Source: Octopus sinensis
Lineage: Eukaryota
Direction of reading: 5' to 3'
Length of the DNA stretch: 64,000 nucleotides
Assembly: GCF_006345805.1 (NCBI RefSeq)
Contig: NW_021825323.1
Span: 620,001-684,000 of the forward strand
Both the position numbers and the translations under genes were made by a program. The notes beneath the pieces were generated by a model that saw only the letters and a list, made by a program, of their open reading frames with translations, did no database searches and had not been told where the DNA came from. Of the stretch, positions 51,779 to 64,000 are shown one piece after another; within the stretch, counting starts at the first letter, position 1; every line of letters begins with the position of its first letter.

Positions 51779-52208
51779 GTCATTATATTTCCAGTTTTTA
51801 TTAGGATAAAATTCCACGAGCTTTTCAAACTTCTTTAGGATAGGAGGCATTCTTTTTAAATTAACTCAGGCACAAATATGAGAAAAGATCTCATTTATTA
51901 TTATTATTATTTAAGCCAAACAAAATCACCGTCTTAACCATTAACTAACACGTTCAGGTGATTCCGACACTTCTCAACAGTCGAGCCATCATTTCACGAT
52001 GTTCAGACCGTGACCCCACACACTTTCTGTATGTACGAAAACTATGAATAAACTATTAACTATGAATTGAAGAAAACATCCATTAGCAGACTATGACTAA
52101 GATGTTAAGACCGTCATTTTTTACAAATCTCTAAAATTTATATCAAAATTAATTAATTCTAATTTAAATTTAATTTTATTCAAAAGGATACTATTAATAG
52201 GGCAATCC

Positions 52209-53372
52209 ATGTGGTTGTTTCTTCTCATCCAATTTTTATTGATCTCAACGAGGTCTTTAACCGTATTTTTCATTGAAATAAGTTTAAAGAATAAAGATAA
52301 AAATTACAAAAAACTACTATCCTCTATCGACGAAAAAGGAATCATAAGTTTATCAGACGAACACTATCAACTAATAAACACACAAGATAAAAACTATTCT
52401 ATACTAATATTATTTACTTCAACACATCCAGACCATCAATGTACTTATTGCAAGTATTTAAAGCACAAAGTACATATATTTAGGTCAGCTGTCGGCGAAT
52501 TACAGGTCGCATTAGAGTCATTTCGAAAAGAAAACGTATTTTTCAATGAAACATTTTTTGCCAAGGCCGATTTTGTAAAAGCTCGTCAATTTTTTGTTTG
52601 GGTTAATTATTTAATGAACATAATGTTTTAGAAAAACATTCAGAGTATTCCTCAGTATATATTTATATTTAGTTCCAACTCGGAGAAAACATTCAGGTTT
52701 TATAAACTTTCTAACTTTAAGGAATTTCAAAGCTCACGAAATTGGTCGATTTATTGCGTTGCAAACTGGCAATAAAGTTTAACTAAAATAAACTATTTTC
52801 CAGTTTAAGCTCCACAGGCCACCAAAATATGAAATTATTGTATTTTTGTTTGTTGCGAGCGTGTTTTTTATGGCTGTCCTTTATCTCCAGGAAGGACTTT
52901 TCGAGCGGCTAAGAAGTAAAAAACTTTGGCAGATTTTTTTGACAGTAAAACTGTTTTTTCAGTTTCAGTTGTTAATTCCTTTTTTGACATCTGGTTTTTT
53001 GGCTGTTTTTATCCGCGGAGCTCCTCTGCTTGCTGCGTATCAAGATGGAACTCCTGTACAGTCTTGAATCATATTTTCTAGATGTTTGTATATCCGAATG
53101 GAGATTTCCAATTGGGATTCGAAGCTGTTCTTATATTTGCGATTTGTTTGATTTAGAAATTATTTTTTTAGATATTCTTTCTTCTTTATCCTTGGCTCTT
53201 GTAGTTTATCCGGAAAGTTTTCCCATGTTTAAGGGGACGAAAGGTATTTGGTGGTTTGATTTGGTTTATAGCAATCATTTTTGGAATTACTTTCTTTTCA
53301 TTGATATTTTCTTTGTTACTTCAGGTTGTCAGGGCAAAAATGTCATACTACCCTTTCAAGTTTGATTCTTGA
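52209..53372 (+). CDS. Oligosaccharyltransferase OST3/OST6 subunit (MAGT1/TUSC3-like)
   Basis: Signal peptide; NYSILILFT...HQCTYC thioredoxin-like CxxC; several TM segments; C-terminus FSLLLQVVRAKMSYYPF. Confidence 0.85.
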
Positions 53373-53885
53373 ATGCATTTTTAGATTTCTTCTCTGAAAA
53401 AATACTAAAAAATATGATTTGGGGATATTTTTTTGGTTTATTAATTAATCTTGATGTTTTTTTATATTTTATCCTCCCTGTATTTAGCTTGTATATCATC
53501 AATGCCAGCAGTCTTTCTCTTCACTTGCCTCTGGCACAGCGCGCAGAAACCCCTACTAGCAAGTACTAAAAGATCCCTACAAGAAAATCTAAATACAACC
53601 AAAGCCTGATTGGTTTTCGTCTGTTGCAATCATTCGTTTCAATGTTAAAATTTACATAGTTTAAAACTTAAAAATTTGAAACGTTTTTTAGACTTGGTAG
53701 AATGAATCTTTTGTAAGGTTAAAATGTTTTTATGGTATTCATATGATTTGGAGTTTCACTACCTCAAAAAATTGAAAAATATTAATTGAATAAGATGTGA
53801 AAATTATATTAAAATAAATAATATTATCTGGTTAACTTTAACTGAACAAATTTAATCAATTTTATCGATCATAGTTTGCGAAAGT

Positions 53886-56800
53886 ATGCGGTCTAGTGGT
53901 GAATATTCTGAAATTCCACAAAATGCTCAAGAAGTCAAGCAACGCAGAAATCAAGTAATCGAACAACATGCGGAATTGTCAAAACAAGTCAAAGATCGCG
54001 AATATGATTTGGAAATGTCTCGCAAATTTCATTCTTTCCAGCGAGATCTTGTCTCCTCTAACGAATGGATGACCAACCTTCTGTCTGAAATTCAAGCAAT
54101 GGATATATCCCCTGAAGATATAAATGTTTATTCCTTTCCAATTTCTTATTATTATGTACGTAGAATAACTACAAGTTCATTTCAAAAATGAATCCGATAT
54201 TGCAAGATTACACGTCCACTGTAGACCAAATGAACGGCAACTCACAGTCTATAATAGAGTCAGGTCACATTTCTTCCGCAGATATTATTGTATTATTTTA
54301 CAGTCAGTTTTTAGGATTCTATGGAAAATCACGAAAAACGGTGGCTTCAGTTAAATCAGGAATTTTTGGAGGCGGAAAGAAAAGTTCAAAGTTGCCAAAA
54401 ATTTGTTGATTTAAACGTCGAATATGATAATATGATGCTCTGGATTGACTCCAAAGTTGTATTTTAATCATTAGTCAATTATTATGTTTTTTAAAAATAT
54501 TTTTCAATTAAAAATAATTTTACCATTTGTATTTGTTTAGATTACTGCTCTGGTCAATATACAAGAACTCAACACCTCTGAAAACGCTGCTTACCTCATT
54601 TCCGAAATGGAGAGTTTGTACAAGGTCGGTATTTATTATATCGGGTTAATTATGATTAATTTAAAAAATATGATAATATATGATAGCTATTGATCCTATC
54701 GACGTTTTATTTTGAATAGTTAATCAAGTTATCTCAATTAAAAATCAATTTCATGAGATAAAAAATACTATTTAAAGGAAACGATTTAGTTAAGAATTTA
54801 TTTTTTGTTCGTGTATTATTTGTAATTTAGCGAAATCATTATGTTTTAGGAGTTGGAATTAAATGAAGATAGAGTCCCCGGTTTGTTGGAAGTGTTGGAT
54901 ACTTACAAAAATGAAGCATATGGAAAATCTGTCGAGAAGAGACGCGACGTGAGACATTTATGGGTTTGATATTTTAAGGATCTGCTAAATCAATGGGGAT
55001 ATCTCAACGATTTATTCAACAATGTGAACATCCGAGTTAACGAAATGTCTATAATTCTGGACATTTTTAAGTTTTTGACCTTACAAATTAATTCTCAGGC
55101 AAATAGAGAACTGTAATTCCTCAGTTCAGAAAATTGGACGTTTTCTCGAACAAGACCATGATTTTTCTTCTGATTTGACCAATCTTAAGACTAAAGGAAA
55201 TGAGATCAATGACGAACTTGAACAGCTCCAATCTCAGGTTATTAATTTGGCACTTGAAAATATTTAGATCGAAGATGTGAGTAAATTTGTGGAAAAAGTT
55301 GCTGATAATTCCTCCCCTGAAGAAAAATCCAAATTAGCTGAGTCGATAGAAGCACTGGAATCTGAAATGTCTAGATTGGGATTATTAAATCTAACTTTTG
55401 TTGAGAATTTAAAGGCTTCTCTGGAAAAGTATGAAATCATTAAGAAATCGGAGTCAAAATATTCGTGGATCGAAGAAATGCGTGTTTTGTTAGCAAAGTT
55501 AAAAGAAGATCGAGATTTGTCGAATATAACCGAGGTTGAGATCGTGCTTGAGGCTGCACACACTTATTTGACTGAAATTGAAGGTGAAAGCGAGTTAGTC
55601 GAATCCTTGGTATTTGCAATCGACAATTTAAAAACCAAATTTGATAACATAACTTCCGCTGAACAGCTTCAAACTGATTATAATTCTCTACTTTCTGAAT
55701 GCCAGGATTTTTGCCAATTTTTAAATTCTCGTTTGGATACGTTAAACTATAAAAATAAACTTTCTGTGATCAATTCATGGATTTCTCGGAGACGTGGAAA
55801 TTTCCGTTCATTTACTACTGGAGAAGCGATATGTTGTAATACTGACAATTGTCGAGCACAGTTGAAACAGCTAGAAGGTCTTGAGAAAACGATAAATGAA
55901 AAATCTGATCAAATTCAGGTTACTTTTTGTTTTTTTAGCCTTTTAGGAATGTATTTTGTTTGGACAAAAAATGATTGATTCTGATCATTCTGAGGCAATG
56001 GAGATCCAGGAATCGAATTTGGATGTAAAAATCTCATTTTTATGTTTAGCTGCTGAAGAATTATGACGAACTCAAAGCCGAAATTGAAACCCTTATTCAA
56101 ACCTCGAGGAAACAGGCCGAATCGCTCAACTTTGAGTTCGAACTTGCCGATTTTCGGGCATGGCTGGAAGAAAAACAAATTTTATTAAACGATGAATTTG
56201 TTTTGGTATGATTTTAATATATGGATGGTTAAAGACGTCTGAAAATTTATCACTCTTCACCTCCCGCCATGAAAGACTGGTCGAAGAGTTTGAAGGGAGA
56301 CTTGTTTTCCTTGACAAGTTGGAGAGCATGTCAAAGGAATATTTGGAATTGAATAATGCAGCAGACTATGAATCAATTAGGTTGTGATTGCAGACTCATC
56401 ATTAATAGAAACGACATCAGCGATATTTTTGATCTCAGCAGTTCACTAAACAACATAATTAATAATCGATGTATGTCTGTCTGAGTTTTTATTTTGCTAG
56501 CCCAATTATTGGATCAGGCCATGTTAGAATATAATTTCAATGTGGATGTTGAAGCTGTGGCCAATTGGTTGACTAGTTTAGAAAAAATGTTATCTGCTGC
56601 TAATGAAATTGAGGTTTTTTAAGTTTTTGTTCATTTCTTATCAGAATGTCGAAGATTTGATGGTAGAGATTGGCCGAAATGAGTATATCAGCACTGAACT
56701 CAGTGACATGGAAAGCATTATGGTCGATTTAGAAAACAGGGTCAATGAACTAACATATAATCACCTTAATGGTGAAGCTATTAAATCTAAATATTCATCT

Positions 56801-59800
56801 TTGACTGACCGAAATGTGCTGCTTGCGGTATCTACATGAACTATGTCAACGTTATAGACTGCCCTGGCTCGAAATAAAAATGAGACAGATTCTGCTTCGA
56901 GGGGGATCGTTATGAAGTTACGCTATGATGATATTCTTGAGTGGATGAATAACTTCAAGGCACGTTTGAATGATCCCTATTATGGTTGCTTGATTTTAAT
57001 GATTTTAGGTTCGACATTGGCAGAAATTATCAGGCTCATTAAAGAAAACGAGAAGGTTGATGATACTTTGAATACATATCGAAACCTTTCCCAGCAACTT
57101 TTGAAAGATGTGGAAGCAGAATCTTCTTTGTACGTTAAAAGAACAAATCTATACGAGAGAGTAATGGGTTGATATTCTTACTACATACAAGTAATAGAAT
57201 TGGGAGATAGTTGGGAAGAATTATTGAATATTTATAATGTGCGTAGACAACATTTGGAGCAAGCGCATGATGTCTATGATTATTACTACGAAGTAAGGGA
57301 GGCGATGAACTGGCTTGAAGAAGTAGAAATGTGTTACACCACATCTTATCTCAATGACGAAGATGTCCATTTATTGCACATTGACCGTGTTAAACAGCTT
57401 ATGGATCAAGTTGTTAGTTTTGGAACACGAATTGATGAATTGTCAGATAAAGCTCAGCAATTTAATGTCATAGGAAACAATTTTATTTCTAGATTCAAGA
57501 GTTGAGAATATCCAAATCTGTAGAAAAAAGGTATATTTCCGACGATTTTTCACCATTCGCCCCCAACCAATTGCAGGTCCAACGTGGAGACTTTGTGACT
57601 GTGTTAAGTCAAGAAAATCCAGTTTTTGTCACTTGCATTACATTAGAAATGGACCAAAGTCGAGCTTCCTTCTGATTCGGGACCCAAAACTGGCTTCATT
57701 CCAAGCTCGTTACTCATGATTGCTGGAGAGGATGCAACAGAAGAACCTGCTATTCTTTCTGTACCCCAATTACAATTTTCCTTAGAGGATAGGTGTTGAT
57801 TACGTGATATTTATTAAATAGATATGCCCAGGTTATGGAAAATTGCAGAATCGCTATCGACCGGTTGGATAAAATTACTGTGTCTTATGATTTAAAACGT
57901 CGAGCCATGCAAATAATGTCTCAGATTAACCAAGATGTAGAAGATGTTTATTATATTTTAGATGGATGGTACATACAAGGAAAGTTATATAGATGAAAAT
58001 CCAGAGCAAATGAAAAAAAGATTTGATCGCACACAAAATGTTAGGGAAAATCTTAAACAGAACAAAGAACAAATCAACCAGTTAAATCAAGAGCTAAATT
58101 CAATTTCCGAGTTGATTGACTGCCCTTTGACGATTGAGTTACAATCTGCCTTGGGGCAATTACATTCGAGATGTGATGATGCTGACAGAGAAGCAGCAGA
58201 GATTACAAACACATTGTCTAATGACCTGGAGATTAAAACGTGACTCTTTAATGATATTTTTAAGATATTTCCACGATGTCGATTCTGTGAGTTTGTGGTT
58301 AAATGAGAACAAGTCTTCGGTTGAGAATGATGATATGGGAATTGACCTTTCTTCCAGTATACAGCTTCGAAATGATCACATGGCACTCCATCGTGCTTTC
58401 GTAGTTTTGAATGAACAAGTATTTTATTTGATTGAAATATTTTAGATGGTCGCATTAGAAAATAAGTCAATTGAGTTGATTGAAAAATATCCTGGTGATG
58501 CCAGTGGTATTCAGGAGACACAGGATGCATTCACTGACGAGTGGAATGACTTTGTTACAAAGGTTATAAGCATCTTTTAAGCTAATTCTCAGATCGAAAA
58601 GAGAGAACGAGATTTGCAAGATTCTGTTTCTTGGTTTAGATTCATGGATTTGAATCAGTTACCTACTTGTTTTAATTTTTAAGGACTTTGCAGACGTGGC
58701 TGGACACTACTTCTTCTGAACTATGTTTGAACAATGTGATTCCATCATTTCAAGAATTGAGTGAAGCCGTGCTCAATCATAAAGTATATTCATTTTTATT
58801 TATCTTAGAAATTGAGGGTTGAAATTGATTCATATGGACATTTAATGGATATGTTTGAGACACAAGCTGACGAACTAATGGCAAACTTGCCAGAAAAGTC
58901 TGAACAAGTCAGAAACAAACTTGCCATGTTTTGTAACTCTCGGAACGAACTCGAGCAGCTGTGGGATAACCGTAATGATATGTTGTCACAAGTCAACGAG
59001 TATAAAATTCTTTCTGACGACTTTGATGATGTTCGCTCCTATAAGTTTTAATTATTTAGTTTGAACGATTTTTAACTAAAAAAACTGCCGAACTTGAGGA
59101 TCCTCGCTACGTTGAGTTCTTAAAGTCTACCGAACCTGGGTCCGATTCAATACTAGATTTTCAACAGTTCTGGGTTTTTGTTAGACTAATAATTCTTTAG
59201 AGAAATAGACTTGGTGAACTTTCAACTCTTTCAAATGACATGATTTTTAACGCTCATTATGCCTCTAACCAGATTCAGCAGAGAAAAGAATATTTAGATA
59301 AAAAGTAAACATATTTATCTAACGAAAGATGGGATGAAGTTTGTGATTTGATGAACAGTGCAGTAAAAGACGTTAAAGTCGATAACCTTACGTTCGATTC
59401 TTTTGTTTCGCGTTTGAACGATATCGAGAGATGGGCAGACTCGAAAATTGTAGCTTTATCACGGCCTATCCCGACGGATTTTATACAAATAAATGTTTAT
59501 ATTTGTCAAAATTAAATTTAGAATAAACTCGATTTCATCCGGGATGCGGAAAGCGATTTAAATGATGATATTTTCGGTATCAGTTCTTTGAGAGATACAG
59601 CTAATTGTTAGTTTTGTTTTTATTTAGTTGCGTAGACTTGATTGAGGCTGGTTTGTGTGAGATAAGTGAGGATGCATTGGACAAGAAGTTGAACGAAATA
59701 AATTCGTTGGTTCAGCAGCTTAGAGACGAGTTGGATCAATACCGAGAGAAAGCCGAGAATGCTCAGCTCAATTTGATGTACACGTCAGAAATTAAAGTTC

Positions 59801-62704
59801 TCGAATCGATGCTTACTGGAGTATTTATATAATAATTAATTGTCAGTATCAGGGAACGTTGAGTTTCCAGCCTCAAGTCGCAGATCAGTTTCTTATTGAG
59901 AATTATTTGGACAAAGTAGGAAGTATTGAGACTTCTCTCGAATCATATGCTGCTGTTTATATAGATAATAAGTTTTGTAGCCTTTAATAATAAAATTAAA
60001 CGAAAATATTGACGATAAAGCCGTAAAAATGGAAACAGATCTTCATAGCATAGTTGATCCAATTAATCAACAATATGAAAGGTTTTTTTTACCTTTTGAC
60101 GATGTTTTAGTATTAAAAATCAATGTCAGTGTGAGAAAGAAGAAAAGCGTTTGTTGTTAGATTGCATTTCCCTCCGTCGCCAAGTCGATAATGCATTGGC
60201 ATTTGTTCGGTAAGCGTTTAAATCGTTGATTTCCAGAGAAACTGGACGATATGTTTCTACATTGGGGACTGGTAGCGATGTACCGACAACTCGACGACTC
60301 GTTTCATCGATTTCAAGAATCCGAGATCAGACTAATAAATATGATGAGAATTTTGAAGTCTTTTTATTCACGATTTATTTTAGGAAATATCTAATCGAGG
60401 AATCAAGCTTTTTGAACGCTCACGATATTTGTTGATTGAAGAACATGAAGGCGCTCTTATTTCGAATTGTGTCGTTAATTTACAAAAAGCCATTGATGAT
60501 TATATTTCCGAAAGTGAACTTCTCAGATCTTCTATCGTTGTTGCCGAATCCAAGCTTAACGATGATCTCGTTTTTTACCAATTTATGTTTGACATGAACG
60601 ATAATTCTGCATGGATATGTAAAAAACTGACTTTGGTAAATGAAGGAGGATATGGCAATAGTTTAAATTCAGTGAAAGTTTAAATCGGACTGCTTATTAT
60701 TTTCAGGCAACAATTGCTTCTGTGGTTAAGTTTCAAGACGAGGTGAAAGCACGTGGTGAGGTCATGGAGGAATTGTATCAACATGGAAGTGATTTGACTA
60801 TGGTTTGTCTACATTCATATACATTTAAAGGATTCGGCCAGAAATGAGGAAGTAGAAAGGAAAATATTGCAACTGCGAGGGGAATTTGAAGAGCTTGGAT
60901 TGCGATTGGGAGAATATTCGGAAAGTTTGGAAAAATGCAAAAATCACTATCAATTTAAGTGGGAATGTGAAAAAGTCGAAAATTGGATTGGTTTGGCTAT
61001 CATCCTTATTTAGATTCCAATTACAAGTATTTGTGTGACGAAGCTCAAGTTCTTGAAAAGAGCTCCGTTTGGAAAACTTTTTCTAATAAACAAGTTTATA
61101 ACATTTCGCAGTTAAAAATAATAGGATCGATTTGATAAAAAATTGGAGGAATTTGGCAATGATCGGTTACAAAGTATAAAACAGAATAAAGCGGAACTTG
61201 AGTCGGAGTTGGCTCCTGATTTATTGGAGTTTTATTCGAAAATAATGGACAAGTTTATTATTTAGTGTGCAAAATTTAGATGGAACTTTCTTTTGAGAAC
61301 ATGCGAATCTTATCGTCTCAAAATAAATGAAAAAATGAAAGATACTCAGGATATTGATGATCTGTTATTCGTGTATTCGAAAAACGCGATTGCTTTCAAC
61401 ACTTGGTGTCAAAACAGTCTCGAAGATTTGTCTGAAGCTGTGAATAGTGCTTCATTGGAAGAAGCTGAAGTTAATAATTTTATTTAAAGTTAATAGCACT
61501 TGAAACTTGCACATGAATCATTCCTTGAAACATGCGAACGTAAAGAAAACGATTATGCATGTTTGGTTGATAATTTCGACCACATTGTCCGATTGTCTGG
61601 AGATTTAACTATTTATAACACGATTCCTATCGAAAGGATTACAGAAGTGTGGAATTTGGTGATGGCAGAGTCACAAGTAGTTCTTTGTTAGTATTTTCTA
61701 GCGTAAAACTATGGGAATTGAATCCGAATATCAAAGTCAGGTTCGGAACGACGGTATTTTGAAGAAATTTGCCACTCTTGCCGATGAGTTCCATCGGTGG
61801 ATGATCTATGTGAGGTTGTTTAGTGCTTTCATTGCCACAGAACTGAGTTGCTGTGTTCTTCCGATACCTTGGAGGCCCAGCTTAGACAGTCGGAGGTATT
61901 TTCTTTTACATAGATTCTAATTTATAGAGTTGGGCTGCCGATATCCGCAATAAAAAAAAGTTGCTTCAAGAAATTGAGAAATATGCTGAAATATTAGAAG
62001 GATCGTTAAGCTTCGATAATAAGTACGGTTAAAGTAATATTTGTTTAGATATACGACACACACTGCAGTATCTTTGTCGCAGAGATATGACCAATTGGCT
62101 TCCTTTACAACTCGAGTCCAGTTCAGTCTCAAAGAACAAATTCAGGCGAGGAACTATTCGGGAGTGTCTGAGAAGACTATGAAGGAGTTTAATTTAATGT
62201 TCCTGTAATTATTGTTTTTATATTTTATTTAGACATTATGATACTGGTAGGACTGGAAAGCTTAGTATTGAGGACTTTTTTTCATGCCTTCGTGCTCTTG
62301 GTGTCTCATTACCCGACGATTCAAAGTTTTATTTGCCTGTTTATAAGGAAATACTTGATCAAGTAAATCCCAGAAGGTTGTTTGACTTGTTATTGATGTG
62401 TAGGAAGGATTATGTGAGTATGCAGGAATTTATGACGTACATGATTGGAAGAGAAACGGTAGTTATCCAGTCAGCTAAAGATGTTGATGAAGCATTTCGA
62501 TTTATTGCCACTGATAGAAGAGAATTTGTGACTAGAGATGAACTTTCTACAGTTTTTTGTTATTGTATTAAAATTTAGTTTCTTTCTCCCGAGCTTGTCG
62601 ATTATTGTGTAAATAATATGGAGGAATATCGCGATGAAACAGGCGAGGTAGTTGAGAACTCATATGACTATGGACAATTTACTGCACGCATGTTTGTTAG
62701 TTAG
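53886..62704 (+). CDS. Alpha-spectrin, apparently full length, with dozens of tiny introns
   Basis: N-terminus EVKQRRNQVIEQH...FHSFQRD; spectrin repeats; central SH3 at about 57530-57720 (VQRGDFVTVL...WTKVE...TGFIPSS); C-terminal EF hands (EFNLMF|RHYD...VSMQEFMTYMIGRET...YDYGQF). Confidence 0.93.
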
Positions 62705-62939
62705 ATTATTAATTTAATTAATTTACTTTCTTCTTCTAATTGGTTTGTTTTTATTAGCTTTTATTATATTGATTTTGTTATTTTTGAATTTGAATTAAAA
62801 TCTCAACAAACTGATTTTTTGTATCCTTTAAATTTTCTATAATTATGAATATATTTTTACAAACGTTCTTTAAAGATTTAGACCGCTCGACGATTATAAC
62901 TTGTAAAATGTTTGTAGAAATGGGACCACTTTAACACTT

Positions 62940-63290
62940 TTTATTGACCAAAGGACCAGGGTAAGCCAGTTAATTATAATCCCCCGTGATCCCCCGATTC
63001 AAGCGAGGGAGATCCTACTGAAAGGTTCAATCCTGCCCACAATGATCGGACTGAGACGACGATGTCCCAGGGCCAGAGATCTAGAAGTTTTTTTTCGGTA
63101 GGCATTAAGTGCCTCCTGAGCGTTTCCATATCCGATTGGAAGTTCCAACTGACATGGTGGACCCCATAACGCCACGCTAAGACCGGAAGGAAGGTAAGAG
63201 ATCCCCATTTTTTCAACCACAAATCGACATATATGAGTGGGTCAAGGAAAGTCAAAGATTTTGGTCATTTCCCTGCTCAGTGAGGCTAAC
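62940..63290 (-). mobile_element. LINE 3' end fragment
   Basis: HHVSW...LRRHL...LLDLWP resembles a LINE C-terminus; its terminal 25-mer is shared (1 mismatch) with 35761-35785. Confidence 0.55.
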
Positions 63291-63739
63291 GTTAACTAAC
63301 TATAATTCAAACTATGGATATTGTGAATTTTGTTGGATTTAATTCAAGAAGAATTAGTGTGTTTGAAAAAGATGACTACAGTATTCTTGATATATTTTTT
63401 GTGGATTGACTGTAAAAAAACAATATCTAATTTTAATTCGTTATTAATAAAAAAGAATTTCCACAAAATTAGACTTGAGTCTGTAAAGTTTATAAAAAAT
63501 GCAAAAGTTGTTCTTCAATATGACCATTCAAATTACTTAAGTTGAGCCATATGGCGATTCCATTAGCGATTCTATTAATCAAATTTCTTCAAAAATTTCT
63601 GTTCTAAACCAGCGCTACAATCTTCAAAAAATGATAGAGTTCCTCGTCATCTCATATGAATAATTAATGAATAAATTATTAACTCCAAAAAAAGATTTTC
63701 AAAATAAGTAATGTATTAGTTGAGAACGAATTAAGTTAA

Positions 63740-64000
63740 TTAGGAAGAATCTGGTGAAACCTCGATTTCAATCAATAAATCGTCTGGCGCCACTTTAGAT
63801 CCAACATCAACAAGAATTTGTTTAACAATTCCTGAACAGGTAGAATCTATGGATATTTCCATTTTCATTGCGCTCAATATAACAAGAACGTCATTTGGTT
63901 TGACTATGTCACCAACTTTGACCTTCAGTGATATTATCTCAGCCGGAATTGGCGCACCGACATGTCCTTTATTGGTCTTCAAAGCTTTAACTATTCTCTG
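63740..64000 (-). CDS. PC: Pyruvate carboxylase, C-terminal biotin carrier domain (gene runs off the window)
   Basis: GHVGAPIPAEII...VILSAMKMEISI...DDLLIEIE; SAMKME at the extreme C-terminus is PC-like. Confidence 0.8.
   Translation of the reverse strand, partial: QRIVKALKTNKGHVGAPIPAEIISLKVKVGDIVKPNDVLVILSAMKMEISIDSTCSGIVKQILVDVGSKVAPDDLLIEIEVSPDSS

Noticed and set aside
53440-53640. Small minus-strand gene between the OST3-like gene and spectrin
   Set aside because: A spliced frame of about 45 aa is possible, but it lacks a clear start codon and any recognisable homology.
54625-54849. snoRNA in the unusually long spectrin intron
   Set aside because: No C/D (RTGATGA/CTGA) or convincing H/ACA structure is visible.

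Overview
AT-rich eukaryotic genomic DNA from an animal with miniature spliceosomal introns (mostly about 23-33 nt, GT-AG, almost no donor consensus beyond GT). Animal origin rests on alpha-spectrin, SARA/endofin and a SPDEF-type ETS gene. A reduced parasitic lineage such as a dicyemid, orthonectid or myxozoan is my inference from intron size only. Hand-spliced host genes: RPS7, coronin, ZFYVE9/16-like, an orphan secreted protein, a DAZAP2-like peptide, cathepsin L, TAF5, SPDEF-like, NAT10, WDR55, an SRF-like MADS protein, OST3/MAGT1-like, full-length alpha-spectrin and the 3' end of pyruvate carboxylase. These are interleaved with nested transposon debris: Buster and other hAT elements, Ginger-like, pogo, Tc1, several LINE clades and six CRE-type 3' fragments. 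The most unusual structure is at 44993-51786: two copies of one hAT element flank a 3.2-kb satellite, with two different 8-bp target duplications nested as X-TE-Y-satellite-Y-TE-X. The satellite cargo is circularly permuted, has a 358-bp higher-order repeat, and is built from 12-bp-spaced PAR/C-EBP bZIP consensus sites. No rRNA, tRNA, snRNA or CRISPR array was seen. All exon structures and family calls are by eye and from recalled motifs; no database search was run.
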